From: the human T2T-CHM13v2.0 reference genome, Homo sapiens
Assembly (NCBI RefSeq): GCF_009914755.1
Contig: NC_060935.1
Direction: 5' to 3' (one strand)
Length of the DNA stretch: 64,000 nt
The position numbers and the translations under genes are program-made. Shown here one piece after another: positions 32,531 to 48,624 of the stretch. The notes beneath the pieces are model-generated. The model was not told where the DNA came from. It did no database searches and saw nothing but the letters and a program-made list of their open reading frames with translations. Numbering within the stretch: position 1 is the first letter of the stretch; each line of letters starts with the position of its first letter.

Positions 32531-33549
32531 AAATGGACCTAAGCCAGTTTGCTCATTCACAAATACTAGATCCTTCGAGGATTATGATTGGGTTCTTTTT
32601 GGTAGATGGTAGGTAGATGGTAGATGTTATAATCGTTGCAGGTAGAAGGCTTTCAGTTTCCTCCTCAAAATTTCTCTACCAGGTGCTACTTGCTACATGA
32701 AAGCAAGTCTCAGGCCAGATTCTCAAATTCTTCCAGATAGGTAGGCACAAAAACAGTCATCTAACTCATTCTGTAAGTGTGACAAAATCCCAGCTCTCTC
32801 TGTAATTCTCTATTGGTTAATAGGACAATTTTTAGAGGTAGAATTCAACTTAAATTTCTAGTAGATTCTAGGTAACACCAGCCTCTCTTCAGAATCCTAA
32901 ATCTAGGGATTCTTTTTTGAAGCAATTGGGCTATTTTAGTAAAGGGGGTGTGTCTGTATGATACTTATAGACAGTGCAGTGCCTGGAACACTTTTATTTA
33001 TTTCACCAATGAGAAATGATTTCTAACATTTTTATGCTAATGAATAAAACTTTGGTGTTGACCAGAAATCATGATAGCTAAAGAATAAAGTAGTTCTGTG
33101 GGAACTCTTTCTGGAATACTGTATTCTAATATAGTCTCACAAAAGCTAGTCATTTTTGGAGAGTGTTTTCCTGATTAGAATTCTTTGAATATTAATTGAC
33201 CACCCTAAGGTGGTTTTAATTAGGGCAATTAACTAGGGTAATTAACTACTTTAAGATGTGGATTAAAATACGTATGCAAACACTCTCTCACAGACAAACT
33301 ACTGTCTATGCTGATGTATTTTAAAGTTAAAGACCACATAGAATGTCTCATAGAATTAAATGACATAATCAAGTGGTAACTGACAGCCTGCCCTGATTTA
33401 TGGGAATGAATGATACTTCTTTGGTGGCCACCAGAAATACATTGACGGTGGGGGAGTTTTTGCAAGGGATTGGAATTCTTGAGTCAACAGCTAAGGGGTG
33501 GGTGTAGAGAGCTTTAGATGTTAATGTTAATGTGATATTGATAGATATC

Positions 33550-33820
33550 ACTAGAGGGTAAACTCCATAAGGACAGGAACATTTCCCCTTTATTTCCCTG
33601 CTGTATTTCAATGTTTAGAACAGTACCTGGTATATTGTAGTTGCTCAATAGATAGTTGTTGAATGAAGGAATGAATAAATTTTAAAAATCTGATCTGATT
33701 CTTTTGAGGATGTTCAGGAGTTAGTGCAGTGCTAGGCATAGAGTAAATGCCTAATGAATGTTTACTAATTAGTATGAATGAATGAATGAATGAATGAATG
33801 AATAAGCAATTGAATGAACA
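33550..33820 (+). mobile_element. L2 3' ends with a (GAAT)n tail
   Basis: actagagggtaaactccataagg...agaacagtacctgg...gttgaatgaa; (tgaa)n at 33774-33802. Confidence 0.75.
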
Positions 33821-36800
33821 AGTAAAAGAATTTCCTAAAGGATATTGTCAAACTAGATCAATATAATGCTGCACAGAAATTTAATTTATGCTGTGTTTAT
33901 AGCAACTCTAGCGATGATATTTTAGATAAGATGGCCTGAGCATAGTGGCATTATAACCAAATGAATGTCTCTATCTGAAGAATACAGGTTAAGAGACCCA
34001 TATTGAACTGAAGAAAGGGCTCTATAGTAGTCATTGGAAGGCTCCCTTCTAAGCTCATCAGAGTCTCCATGTAGAGATTGCCATTTTCCACGTTGTATAT
34101 TTTGCTTTTTATGAACAGCTCTTAATTTTAATTTTCAAATCTATCAACCTTTCCCTTTTTGGTTTGCACATTTTATACCTTGTTTAAGAAATTCTCTTCT
34201 AGATCAAGGTTAAAAATATATACTTCTTTATTTTTTATTAAAGTTTTGAAAACTTTGTCTCTCTCGGAGGTCATCAAACCATCAAGAATTGATATTTTGC
34301 ATATAGTATAAGGTAGGAAAATACAATTTCATTTTCCCTTATATGGTTGGTCATTATTTAAATATAATTTTATTTAGTCCAATAACTACATTTTATCATT
34401 TCCATCTAAATCTTGACTAGAGGCTTTTTTGGGAAGTGGAAAGGGCAGGTTGTACAAGTCATGTTAATTTTATCCTCCCAACTTGTGTAAATGGGAGCCT
34501 GTGCTTAGGGATTTGGTGAGAGGAGAGATCCTTCCTCCCATACTCCCTCCTTTCCAGCTCCAACTGTCTCAAGTCTGAGACAGGCCATGACTTTCTTCTC
34601 ATTGCAAGTTCATTAATCATCTAAGGAGGATGTCAACCTTTGGGTTGTGGGAAACTTTATTCTAGAATCTCTGCTTTACCTTCTCATTCTGCTTTATTCC
34701 CTCACATCTCATGTCTGCCCCAATAAAACCAAGGCTTTTTGCTACCAGGAGTAAGGAATTTTAGTACTAGATTATTTCTCCTTATTGTTGATTCTGGCCT
34801 CAAGGGCTTTGGGAATTCCCTTTAATCTCCTGAAAGCTCATTCATGCATTAATTTTTTTTTTAATTTAATTCAAATTTGTAGATGTTCTGAACCATGAGG
34901 AAGTCTGCAAAAACCTAGTCTTTCACGTTTTCACGTTGCTGAAATAGAAGTCTATGGTATCTTTTTTGTTTATTTATTTATTTTTTGTTTTGGGGGTTGG
35001 TTTGTTTATTTCATCAGTGCCTTTGGAGACTAATGTTTTTTACACTCACATCTTTGATCCATACAGACTTAATTTTGATATAGTAAAGGGTATGGTAGGG
35101 AATCCTGCTTTATTTTTTCAAAGTCATCCAGTAAACACAAAACAACACTATTTATTGAATAATTCACAGAATGGAAGTTTTAGAATGTAAATACTCAATA
35201 TGTGATAGGGAAAAGAACACTAATACAAAGTATAAAATCTTCCAAAGCAAGGCCAACCCCTATTATTACTGTCTTACCAGTCTGCACTGGATGTGGTCAG
35301 CTTCTTGAATCACCAGGGCTGTCCATGCTAGAGATACTTCCATCTCTTTTAGCTCAAAATATTTACAGAAATACATATACTGTTGGGAATATAATGGAGG
35401 ATATATAATCAACTTTTTCATGTTCATTGTTTTGTTACTATACATAGTAGATGAGTTTCAGAAAAGTTGTATTACATTAAAATCATATTTTTAGTTCCCC
35501 TGGCAAGTGTTCTCTTTAAAGGGATTTTACTTTGAATTATTTTTGAAAATCATCTTAAAGGGTAAATAATGACTCCCTAATTTTTCTATGATGCAAATAA
35601 GAGTTTTTATTTACTAAGTTTCTCAATGCAAGATATACTTGCATAATGCAGATTCTTTTCTAATACAGGAGAAAAAAATGAGGAGGCTAAATTTTAAAAG
35701 CAAATCAATGTGTATTTTAAAAAATGCGATTGTTGGAATACAGACTTAAAGACATTTCTTAAGGATCATTTACATGAATCCAATTTGCTTGCCTCTATAT
35801 GAGAGGCAACATTTTGGGTGATTTTTTTTTTCAAAATCTAATTTTTAAGCTTTGTAGGGTAGGTGCCAAATGGTATTTTAAAAACACACATTTAAAAAAG
35901 GAAGAACGTGCAGTTTTGCCTGGAGTACAGATGGAGCCTGTGTCAATTGAAGGCATTTTGCCTAAGGACACAGAGAAAATCACTTCTTCATAAAGACCAT
36001 AAACTCCACTCATGTTTCTGTTCATTTTAATTTGTAGAAAGTGGGAAGAAATCAAATAGGGGGGCATACAGGTTCATTTGTTTAAATAATCTCATCACTC
36101 AAATTTTATATCAGTTATGCTCTAAAAATTATTTGACCCCCAAATCAGTAACGTAATTTTTATATGAAAAAATATGGTCATTTCTGGTTATTTCTTGTTG
36201 CTTCTCTTACTGATTTTTTTTTCTGTCATGTACTGTGTATTGTGTAGATAGGGCCCAATTCTATTCCATCTCCATACCTCATACATATCTTTTATATCTC
36301 CTCACTTTGGTCCCCTGCAGCATACCTTATATTAGTAATTTAAAAAATGATGATAGTAACCCTTATTCCCTGTGCCAGGCATTGTGCTCAGGACTGTACA
36401 GGTAACTTTTCATTTAAGCTGCAAAACAGAAATGAGGAACCACAGAGTATTTGAGAGACAAGAGGCAGAGCCAGTATCTGAGCATGCGCTTTGGCTTTTA
36501 AAACCCCTTCCCTTTACCACTCTGCCGATATTCTTTATAAAGACATAAATGTGAAACTGCTGGTAAGAAGATAATATAAATCTTCATTGATTGACATGGA
36601 AATGTGTCTATTATAAATTGCTATGTAAAAAACTCAGATTGTAATACAGGGTAGGCATCAGGATCCCATTCTTTTAAAAATAAATTTGCATATGTACAAA
36701 AATGGCTGGAAAGATAGATTCCTAAATGTTAATAGCAATTCCCAGTGGTTTAAAATATTCTTCTTTAAATTTTTGGATTTCACTTTTCAGGGAGCGTTTT

Positions 36801-39379
36801 TCAGTCATGGTTCTTTATTGCAAGCAACAACTCTGGGGGAAAAAAAAAGCAGCAGCACATGGCCAGACGTGAGATCTTTGGTTTTAATACCATGTGCTGC
36901 TGTATCATTTATAGATGATAATCTTTTTCATTTTATTTCTTCCTTCTACTTTTGATTATTAAGCCAATTCTCATATTATCAAATATTTGGGACAAAGTTA
37001 ATCCTGCCTGGCAATAATTTCTCATCGGTTTTCTATTTTTAAAGATTAACTCATTTTAATCTGTTCTCCCTGTGTCATTAATATTGTAGTGGCATCAAGC
37101 TACAGCACAAACTGACCTGTATGAAAAAGGGAAATGTATTGAGTTATAACTGGAGCACAGAGGTTGAGTCAGAGATTCTCAGTGTCATCAGGGTATTGAA
37201 ACAACTTCTCTGTGATTCCTTTCCCTCTACTCTCCCCGCTTTGATAGGCTCATTCGCATTCTGCTTCCTCATCCTTGTATAAAAAGCTGCAGCTATTACA
37301 GTCTCCACATCCTTACCTTCCTCTCTTCAGCTGGAGAAAGACCATCGCCCCTGATAGGTCCTGGGAAACCATGAAGAAACTTCTTTCCTAGAGAAACCTC
37401 AGCAAATGTCTGTTTCTTATTTGCCCAAATAGGGTCACCTGTAAATTCCTGAACCAATTTCTAAATATCTAACTACTAAATACCAAATTCATTACTCAAT
37501 ACTAATTACCATGAAGCTGAGTTGGGTGGGTAGGTCTCCAAAGGGAAATTTGGCTGCTGTTAGTAGGGGAAGAGGAAAATGAAGGCTGGGAAGCCACTCA
37601 TTCTCACTGGCTTTTATATCCACCCCCCAGTACCCCCACCCTCCCAACTGCCACTCTTAACTCTTCCTTACTTCATTTTTGTGACAGTTTTATTCCACCT
37701 ACCTACTGAATTATTTTCCTCATTAAGGTTTTATGACCACTTTAAGAATCTAACATAACTTGCTTTTGGCCACAACATCAAACCCAAACTCTCATATCCA
37801 TTTAAATTTTTCCCTCCCCAACCATTCACCACCACTTGATCTATTATCCTAAAACAGCTCTCACTTTGCCCCTTCTTTACTGAAAGTTGTCTGAGTCCTG
37901 GCTGCATAACAGGTGATGTTCATTCACCCTATCCTGCATTTGAAAATTTTGACAATCTGGCCTCATCTACAATTTAACTTTTTCTCTTGTCCTTCCCCTT
38001 ACTATTTCTAGAAAACACCATATTCTTTCTTACCTCCACAACTTTGAAAACACTGTCTCTTTCCATCTGGAAATCTTTCTTTTCATAGATTTGGATAACT
38101 AAGTAACATTCTATACCATATATTTCTGCATACTTATGTCTTTTTCTGTGAATTATAACTGTTCATAAAAACACAAACTAGCAATATTTATATGAAGGCA
38201 TGTTTCATTCATTAGTTTATACACTGATCGTGGTCTATAAGGTTCTGCATGAGCAGATGTCCACCTACCTCCCAGTCTTGTGTCACATTCTCCTTTTTCT
38301 TGCTTGCTATGCCTTACCACACAACAAATGCCTAATGCTGTTTCCTGTTTTAGAAATTCCATACACATATCCTCCACCCAAAATGCTCTTTCTCCACTTC
38401 TTCACCTGAATAAACTCTACTCCTCTTTTAGGTGTCTCCTTGAATGTCATTTCTTTAGAAAGACCTCTGACTCTCAAAAGCTTTGGTCCTCCTGTTATGT
38501 GCTTTTATGGGACCCTTTACTTTTCCTTTGTAATATTTATTTCAGTTGTAATTAATTATCCATTCTATTATCTCTTGAATGCTTATTACTCTTAACATAC
38601 TCTAAACACCTAACATGATAATTAGTACTGGTGGATGCTCCATTCTTTTTTTGAATAAATAATGGTGGATACTTTTTCTCCACAGCAGTGCTTTTTTTCA
38701 TTAATCTTCACTGGCTAACAGGTGCTGCATAATCTAACATTGCTTTTATTTTTGGATAAAGCATTGCATTCAAATCATTTCATTAGATTTAGAAGTCTTC
38801 CTGGAAATAGACGTGAACTACCAACTCTAGAGCTTTGGAGGTGACTTTACTTCCAGCTCTTCTGCTGTCTTCTCCTCCCGTCCTTGATCATCTCACTTGC
38901 CTAACAAGTGAGTCATTCACATAACATTTAAGAAGAAACTCCCATTTGCTACTTTGTGTCCTGTTTGATGTCTTCTTTTCCTTAAGGACAAGACACAGGA
39001 TAAAAGATAAGTATTACACGAACATGTCTTCATCATGCCTGGCCTTTTCCAATCAGTATTCCAAATATATACATGCATATAATGCACTCTGTTCATTTCA
39101 AATGAGATCTAATTAAATGCTATTTTATACCAAATATCAAAAATCCAATTAGCTATTCAAGTAGACTCCAGAATTTTTTCTGTTTGGCCATTCTTACTGA
39201 ATATTTCAAGATTTATTGAGTCAAAATTTTATACTATTTAAACTGAGGCTACAGAGTTTCAGAATGAGTTTTAGAGAAACTAATTCCAGGTGTATTCTTA
39301 CTGATCCTATGATATCTTTCTGTGAGAAATATAGGACAAATACTTCTCTTCTGACTTCAAAAAATGAAGAAATAGGGAT

Positions 39380-39580
39380 TATGTCAATAGCCCACTTCTC
39401 TTTGGAGCAATGAAAATGTTCTAAATCTTGGCTGTTCAATATGGTAGCACTAGCGACATGTGATTATTGAACACTTGAAATGTGATTAGTGCACTGAGAA
39501 CCTGAATTTTAAATTTAATTTAATTAACTTAAGGTTACATAGTCGCATGTAGCTAATGATTAGTGTATATCACAGCACAG
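39380..39580. mobile_element. MER3-like hAT-Charlie element
   Basis: gaaaatgttctaaatc...gctgttcaatatggtagc...cacttgaaatgtg...ctgaattttaaattt. Confidence 0.8.
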
Positions 39581-39651
39581 CTTTATATGCTCAAAGTGAT
39601 GGATAAATGGGCTTCTGGATTTGTAAAAGAAGAGAGTCAAGAAGGGACTGT

Positions 39652-39784
39652 TAGCCAAGCGCAGTGGCTCATGCTTGTAATTCCAGCACATTGGGAGGCT
39701 GAGGTGGAAGAATTGCTTGAGGCCAAGAGTTTGAGACCAGCCTGGACAACATAGTGAGATTCCATCGCTACAAGAAAAAAAAAA
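39652..39784 (+). mobile_element. FLAM (Alu monomer)
   Basis: Single left-arm-like Alu plus an A-tail. Confidence 0.9.
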
Positions 39785-41069
39785 GATTGATTGTTAATTC
39801 TGGTTCTCTCCTCATTTCTCATTCAGGTGAGGGGACAATTCACAAGCAGACACTTGTTTCTAATAGGATGTCCTGACTATGTGAGACATTCCATGCCCTA
39901 AAACTACACATCACCTCATCGGAAACACTGAAAGACAGACTTCTGCCAAAATAATTTGCTAAGCTTGTTTAAACAGACAGGCTGGGTTTCTTCTCTCTCA
40001 TAAGACTCAGATATAGAAATGTTTAAAGGGTTCCGAATCATACCAATAATATGAGCACGTATTATGGCTGAGTGTTTGTGGAAATATTGCACATCCACCC
40101 AACTCATCACCTGTTAAGTCACATCTTTGTTTAATTTTCAAAAATGAAATGATTCATAGTCATTTCATTCATGGGAATTGGTGCCAGTTTATTTCTGGGA
40201 GTTCAATTGCCAGCTTCTGGAATTGAGACACAAATATCTTAATATAAACAGGCTATATGCAGGAGCTTTCAATCTTCTTTCCCCTTGGAAAAGCACCAGT
40301 AATTTCATATTTGGTCTAATAAATCAGTTTCCGGAAGAATGTTTGCTGACGTCATTTTTTATATCCCTCATGGATTTTATATGGAAAAACAGCCTGGTCA
40401 TGTTCAAAGCAATAGATTAGTTCTGGTAGTGTCTTTCGGCCTGTGGGAGCCCTCATTCCTCTGCAATCACGGTTTGGGAGTGGTTCTATATCCTGATACA
40501 AGAGAAATGCTTTTGTGAAAGGCAGATTTGGAGGTATGTTGAGCAGAGAAGCTGGAAACTGATCTCCTTAAAACATTGATTTCATCATGTCTGTGTTTAA
40601 GTTGTGGCTGCAGTTTGCTATTTTCGGAGACAAGGCCAATGTCAGCCTGTATTCAAAGCTCTCTGTAGTAAAGCAATTTATACTTACTAGGTGAACCACA
40701 CTGCAAAGGCCCTTCTACCTCACATTTAAAATTTTATCTATGTGAATTTTGATGAAGATTAACAGTAAAGGAAGGCTGGAAGCCAAAGAGATGAGAAGAT
40801 TCCACCAAAAAAAAAAAAAAAAAAAGCAACATGCAGCATAAACATACTTAAAAAGAAGAGAGGTTTTCTGTCTGGAGCCCACACTGCTGTGATTGTATGT
40901 TTAGGAGAACAGGGTGATTTTCATTCATCCTGTAGCTGTTTTCCATGCTCCAATTCTAGTAATTCATAATACACCTATTAAGCACCTACTGTGTGCATAG
41001 AACTGGGCTCAGTGGTACAAGAGAATCTGTTTTCAGCCTCATTGGCTATTTTAAGCCATGCATTTTAAA

Positions 41070-42140
<1,071 letters not shown>

Positions 42141-42189
42141 ATACCACTCTCTAAGCATCCTCCATCTTCCCCTACGAAGTTTAAGAGAA

Positions 42190-42430
42190 CCTTGGGGAAA
42201 TCATTTAACCTTGCAGAGCCTCAGCTTTCTCATAGAGACAATGGGGATAATAGTAGTACACCCTTGCAAAGTTTAGTGTAAAGATTACACTATGTAATCT
42301 TTGTAAAGACCATAACATGGTGCATAGTACACTGAAAAATATAAGAGACCTTAACTTATTATGAATAAGGCATGCAAAGTAGTTAGTACAGTACACTGGT
42401 CTAGGAGAGTGTTAATAATGTTAGCTATTA
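42190..42430 (+). mobile_element. MIR fragment
   Basis: ccttggggaaatcatttaacc...gagcctcagctttctcat...atggggataatagtagtac. Confidence 0.7.
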
Positions 42431-42809
42431 TTGCCTTTATAAATTATTTTGGCTGAACAGGCCAGGTAAATTTCATTGAGTAGACAGTATTTGAAGGATG
42501 AAATGAAAAGGCATAGACCGCAACACACTAAGCCTCAGAGAAACCTCTCTGATAAGTTTCTTTGTAGGACTAGATTATAAACTTCAAGATGGCAGGAATG
42601 TATTAATTATTTATCCATAATATGTAGTTCAATGCATGGCCCTCAATAATATATGAGTAAAAAATCCTACACAAACTCAACTTTAGACTGGCTGGTGTCT
42701 TATTGTGAAGTCCCCTGCCCCCATCCCTATGATACCCACATAACATCCCCTTATTCCCAGCTCTGGACACTTGCCTCTGCCATTTCCACTGCTTAGAAGA
42801 CCTAGGCCC

Positions 42810-43119
<310 letters not shown>

Positions 43120-43378
43120 CTAAGCCCTCTGATTCTACCAATGTAAGTTGGACCAGTTCTTCCATGTCTTTCTCTTACCTGTGTCCTTTGGGAGGACTTT
43201 TCTGAGACTGTTCCACCCTATATCCCACTTTTTCTTTTCTCAATACCTACATCATACTCTTTGTTCACAAAGTTTGATGCTTATACTTTACAGATTTGTA
43301 GGTTGTCTTGCTTTCTAATAACTCCCTACACTTCCATCTTATTTCCTCTAAATAAATTGTAAACTCTTTAATGGGTGA

Positions 43379-43795
43379 TGTGTTAGTCAGTTTTTGCTTT
43401 GTTACAAAGAGATATCTGAAGCTGTGTGCTTTATGAAGGAAAGAGGTTTAATTGGCTCACGGTTCTGCAGACTGTACATGAAGCATGGTGCCAGTTTCTG
43501 CTTCTGGAAAGGGCTTCAGGAAGCTTACAGTCATGATGAGGGGGAAGGGGAGCCAACATGTCACATGGTGAGAGGGAGTAAGAGAGAGGAGGGGGAGGTT
43601 CCACACCCTTTTAAGTAACCAGATCTTGTGTAAACTAACAGAACGAGAACTCACTCATCACCAAGGGGATGACACTAAGCCATTCATGAAGGATCCACTC
43701 CCCTCATCCAATACCTTTCACTAGGCCCCACCTCTAACACTGGGGATTACATTTCAATGTGAGGTTTAGAGGAGACAAACATCCCAACCATATCA
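43379..43795 (-). mobile_element. MaLR solo LTR (MSTA/MSTB-like)
   Basis: TGtgttagtc...aagaggtttaattggctcacggttctgcag...ggggattacatttcaa...accatatCA; TSD ggtga/gctga. Confidence 0.9.
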
Positions 43796-45712
43796 GCTGA
43801 GTTGGTGTTTTCTGCCTTTCCATCTTCTATTCTCCTCTTACCCAATACTCATTCCCAACCGAAACACCTGGCACAGGAGTAGACACAGTAGAACTTCATA
43901 TAAGTACTACCTGCTAATTTAGCATCTCCTTATTACACCTTTTTCAATGTACTTGGGAACTCAAGGACATGGTCATCAATACACTGCCTGGATGAGAGTG
44001 GCATATCCCTACTACCACTGCATTATGATTGTCTGCTTATGTGCCTGTGTCCCTATCAAACTGATAGAGTCCTGGAAACAGAGATTATGGATTTTTACTT
44101 CTGTTGCCCTAGGAACTTGCACAGGGATTGGCACATAACAGATAATCAATCAATGATGAATTTAAGAAATTGTGGGCCAACCAATTTGATGAAATTCACT
44201 TTTGCCTAAAAAAAAAATTTGACTGACTATTTAGACTAGTTCAGTCAACAAAGTAAGATGTTTCAACCATTTACACATATGGGCCCAGCCCTCATGAGAA
44301 TATGAAACATATTTTTAGGAGTCAGATAAAATTAGAACTAAAATTGAAATGGAAGAAAAATATTAAAGACGGCCATTGACTACTAATGGCTTTATTGTTC
44401 TACTCAGGAGCATCATGGAGCTTTCAAGGTTTTAAACTTAAAGAAAAACTCTTAACAGTAGAATTTAAAGCAGGAGAGAGAGCTAGCTTGAGGCCTCTTG
44501 GTACTGCTTAATTCACACTCAAGAGATATCTCTCTTCTCTCTTCTGGAAGCTATACTATTGTTCCTCCTTCCCCACCCAGCGACCAAAAAACAAAGCAGC
44601 TTCAAGTCCTGGAAAGTACAGAAGAAAAATCTTCTCTGCTCATGTTGTAGGTGTGTTTCTTCCACTACTTGGGGTGGAATTCATCAACCAGGTTGGGGCA
44701 TGTCCAGGCTGTGTTCCACACATCTTCTCCTGAATCCTCAGCCCAAGCAGAAATCAGACACCTCCATGCTGTCCTTTAAGAGAAAAGCTGGCATTTCAGT
44801 GTTTTAAACATTGGCATATTCTGGTTCAATGGCCCAGCTAGATGTAAGGAAGGTGTGTTACCCAATTTTTTTCATGCTTTGAACCAAAAAGATGTTCTTC
44901 CTTATGTTTTACTCCACCTGACCATTGCCTGGCTTGAAGAAAAAAAGAGAACACTTTTCAGGAGCTGAGAAAATTGGCATTGATTTAACATAATTTAGTT
45001 AAAAGTTAGTTCTCCCCTGCCATGAGCCACAGCTGATTATTTAGAGAATTATTACCATTCATTGTTCATTGAGTTTTATCTTTCTAAATTTTCACTGATT
45101 AGCATGATTTGTTACTAGGAAAAATATTATGATTTTAATTGCATTTTGGCATCTTAAAAGAATGTTTCACACTGCTTAACATCTGCAGTCAACAGATGTT
45201 TAAACACAACTCCCTCAATGACTAAAATTTGGCAAAATGTATAATAGTTGGAACAGCTTAAAATTCTAAATATACTTCTAGGAACATGATACAGGCAGAT
45301 GAAATACTACTTGTGTGTGTTTTATATTAAATATTAAAATATTACATATACCATCCCTCTCGGAGATGACAGGTTTCAGGGAAAAAAACAACAGCCAAGA
45401 GATGTTTCAACCCTACCATACCAGAGATATTCTATTTATAAGCAGGGCTATGTCTTATGGTCACTGTCAACTGCAGTGGGGACCCTTTTTTAAGTGCTAT
45501 TTATTGTGGTTAACTCTAGAGGCTGGCAGAGGCAAAGCTGTGAGACAGACACGTTTGTCCCTTTTGCTTCCCCTTTTGGCATCCTTCTTTTCTCTGACTC
45601 AGATCCTCAGGAGCTTTCATGAAGATATATTCTAAGATTAATATGTCAGACTTGAGTTTAAGTTAATTGGTCAGCCTTCAGTTAATTGGGGCAAAGATTC
45701 ATTCATATCAGA

Positions 45713-45719
45713 GTGTGTG

Positions 45720-45751
<32 letters not shown>

Positions 45752-45767
45752 CACGTGTGTGAGTGTG
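45713..45767. repeat. Interrupted (GT)n microsatellite
   Basis: Direct reading. Confidence 0.95.
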
Positions 45768-46244
45768 GTGTCTGTCTGCTGTCTGTTTCTCAAGGCAGGG
45801 GTTCAGAGAGGAGAGAGGATGACCCAATTAGCATTTCATCAACTATTTGACCAACCATTTAAGCCGTTATGTTTAGCATGGCTTAAAGAAATCCAGAGAA
45901 AAATCATGAATTTCATTTCGATCACAACTTTTAACAGTCTGCTCCTATGGGCACTTTATGACAGTTGATGACTCGGGGCTTAGCAGAGAGTTGCTTCCTG
46001 TCCCCTTGTTGAACTCATCCCCAATGAAAACGCCATTTCTACATCAAGAATCCTAGAGGCTGTAGCAGCAAGAATGAGAAATCCACATTTTCTGTCCCTG
46101 GATGGTTAAGTTCACAGTCACAGGAACTGTGCAGATATAAAGACTTTCAATCAATGTATCTCTGCCTAAGCTTATGAGGTCATTCTGTTCTCTGTTACTG
46201 ATTTAAGTCAGTAAATTTTGAGTACAGCCGATTACTTAATATAT

Positions 46245-46520
46245 TATGGGTGGGTCTACTCCAATCAATTGAAGGCCTTAGGAGCAAAGACTAAGGTTTC
46301 CTGAAGAAAAAAGAAATTGGCCTCAAAACTGCAGCATAGAAACCCTACTAGAATTTCCAGCCTGGCCTGACCTGCAGATTGTGGACTCAACACTGACTGA
46401 AACATCAACTCATCTGAATTTTCAGACCACCAGCTTGCCCTACAGATTTTGGACTGGCTGGCCCCCACAACTGAATAAGCCAATTCCCTAAAATCTCCTC
46501 TCTCTCTCCTCTCCCTCTCG
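46245..46520 (+). mobile_element. MLT2-type ERVL LTR fragment
   Basis: gggtgggtc...ccaatcaattgaaggcctt...gccctacagattttggact...agccaattccctaaaat. Confidence 0.8.
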
Positions 46521-47353
46521 ACTAGTACACATGTGTATATGTAACATCTGGATTCAGAGAAAGTGACTATAGCCAGGAGGAAGTAGAATCATGGAGAGAT
46601 AAATAGGACTAGGCTATGAGAAGTGCAATGCAGGTGGTCCATCAGGAAGGGGAAGCAGCTTGTACAAAGACCAGGAGATGGGGGTCTGTGCTTTTGAGGG
46701 GGAGAATGGAGGGAGAGAGCCTGAGAGTCTGAGTCTGGAGACTGTGTTAGAGAGCAGTGAGTACTAAGACTGGATGGATTGGTAGGACCCAAGAACTGAT
46801 GTGTAGAAAAGAGCCTCTTCTTTTTTTTCCACGCAGGGGGCTTAGAATTATTGCATTTTTTAAACACTGAGTCATCTTTTCTGTAGTACTCTACAACAGA
46901 GTCCACTTCAGACTGTGCAGCTGTCCCCAGCTATCACCATATCCTCTGTCTTTCATATCTATCCTAAAAGGCATTTGCTCTTCCTAAAAGGGATGCCCTC
47001 CAAAGAAATTTTAAAAGAATCTTATCAAGGGGCCCTGGAGAAGAAAGGGATGTGAGGGTCAAGTCACAACTTTGAGGGGAAATAGAAAGAGGGCTCCTTT
47101 CTGAGAAAGAAGAATTTCAAAGAGTCCAAGAGAACCAAAAATTCAGGACCCAGGAGGGTAAGCATTCCTGTTTTTGCAAGCTTCACAGACCATTTGAGTG
47201 AGTGGGTTTTTCAGGTGACATTTAAATGAACAAATAATATCCATGTCTCAGGGTCAGAAATGGTACTTTGCAACTGATTCTGTCCCTCTTGAGAGGCTTC
47301 TGCAAGACTGAGAGGGTGGGATGACTTAATGAACATTAAAAACAATGTTATTA

Positions 47354-47668
47354 GGCTGGATATGGTGGCACATGCCTGTAATTCTAGCACTTTGGGAGGC
47401 TGAGGTGGGCAGGCCCAGGAGTTCAAGACCAGTCTGGGCAACATGGTGAGACCCTGTATCTAATAAAAATACAAAAATTTAGCCAGGCATGGTGGCACAC
47501 ACCTGGAGTCCCAGCTACTCAGGAGACTGAGGTGGGAAGATCACCTGAGCTCAGGAAGTCGAGGCTGCAGTGAGCCAAGATTGCACTACTGCACTCTAGC
47601 CTACATGGATAGGAGTGAGACCTGTTTGAAAAACAAAAAACAATCAAAAACAAAAAAAAACAACCCAC
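47354..47668 (+). mobile_element. Alu (AluJ-like)
   Basis: Sense Alu; 11-bp TSD acaatgttatt at 47342-47352 and 47669-47679. Confidence 0.96.
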
Positions 47669-48624
47669 ACAATGTTATTTTTAAAATACTGAGGGGAGAG
47701 AAGTTGGGGAAAAAAAGGGAAAACCTAAAACTCTCCATAATCCTACCATCAGAAAATTACACTAATGTGATAAGTGACTTTCTCCCCTCTGAATCTCCAA
47801 TTCCATTACTTGTAGTAAATATGAATCTTATTCCACAAACTCAGACATGCAAAAAAAAAATACCACTTTACTTTTTACATAAAATTAATTCTAAGCCTAT
47901 AGCAACTCTCTTTATCATATTAGGTAATTAGGAATTTGGTCTCAGATATTATTGTCACCCTCAGGGATGGACAAGGGTCTCAGGGTTTTGTGTAGCACCA
48001 AACCCTAATAAGATCTCTTCAGCCATTGAACTTACTCTACAATATTAACTGCTGAGGTGTCCATGGTCTCAGACTACAAGGTGTCTTCCGGTTCTGGCTT
48101 CTCTGCTGCCGCTTTTCAAATCAGGAGAATCTTTGGTGAGGCTTTGGAATTCCCAGCTCCCTAGCCCAGCCTCCCTAGGGTCTTCCTCCTCATCAGAGTG
48201 CTCCAGAATTCAGACTAGGATTCCATTCACACTCCAAACACCTTCCCTTCTCTCTCCAGTTCCTCCAGGACACCAAGCATAATCTCCTCAATGGGTTTAG
48301 GTTTTACAAAATTCAGTACCAGAATCGGAAGTGTCTTGCAGACAACTTTGGCTTCTGGCCCTATGACAAACATCTCCCTTGTGGCAGGAGGCCACAAAAA
48401 GCCCTGACCATCTGCTTACAAGGGAGGAGGGGAAGAAACACTGGGAGGACAAACACAAGTTAATATTCCAAAAATTATACCACTACAAACTGTTGACCGT
48501 TTTCTAAGTCTCTTTCCAGAATATTCTTGTGCTTATAAAGCAAAAATCTCTCTACACATAAGCTTTTCTTTTTTAAGCAAAAAGGGGATTGTACTATATA
48601 TATGCAGTTACAGCTTGCTTTTTT

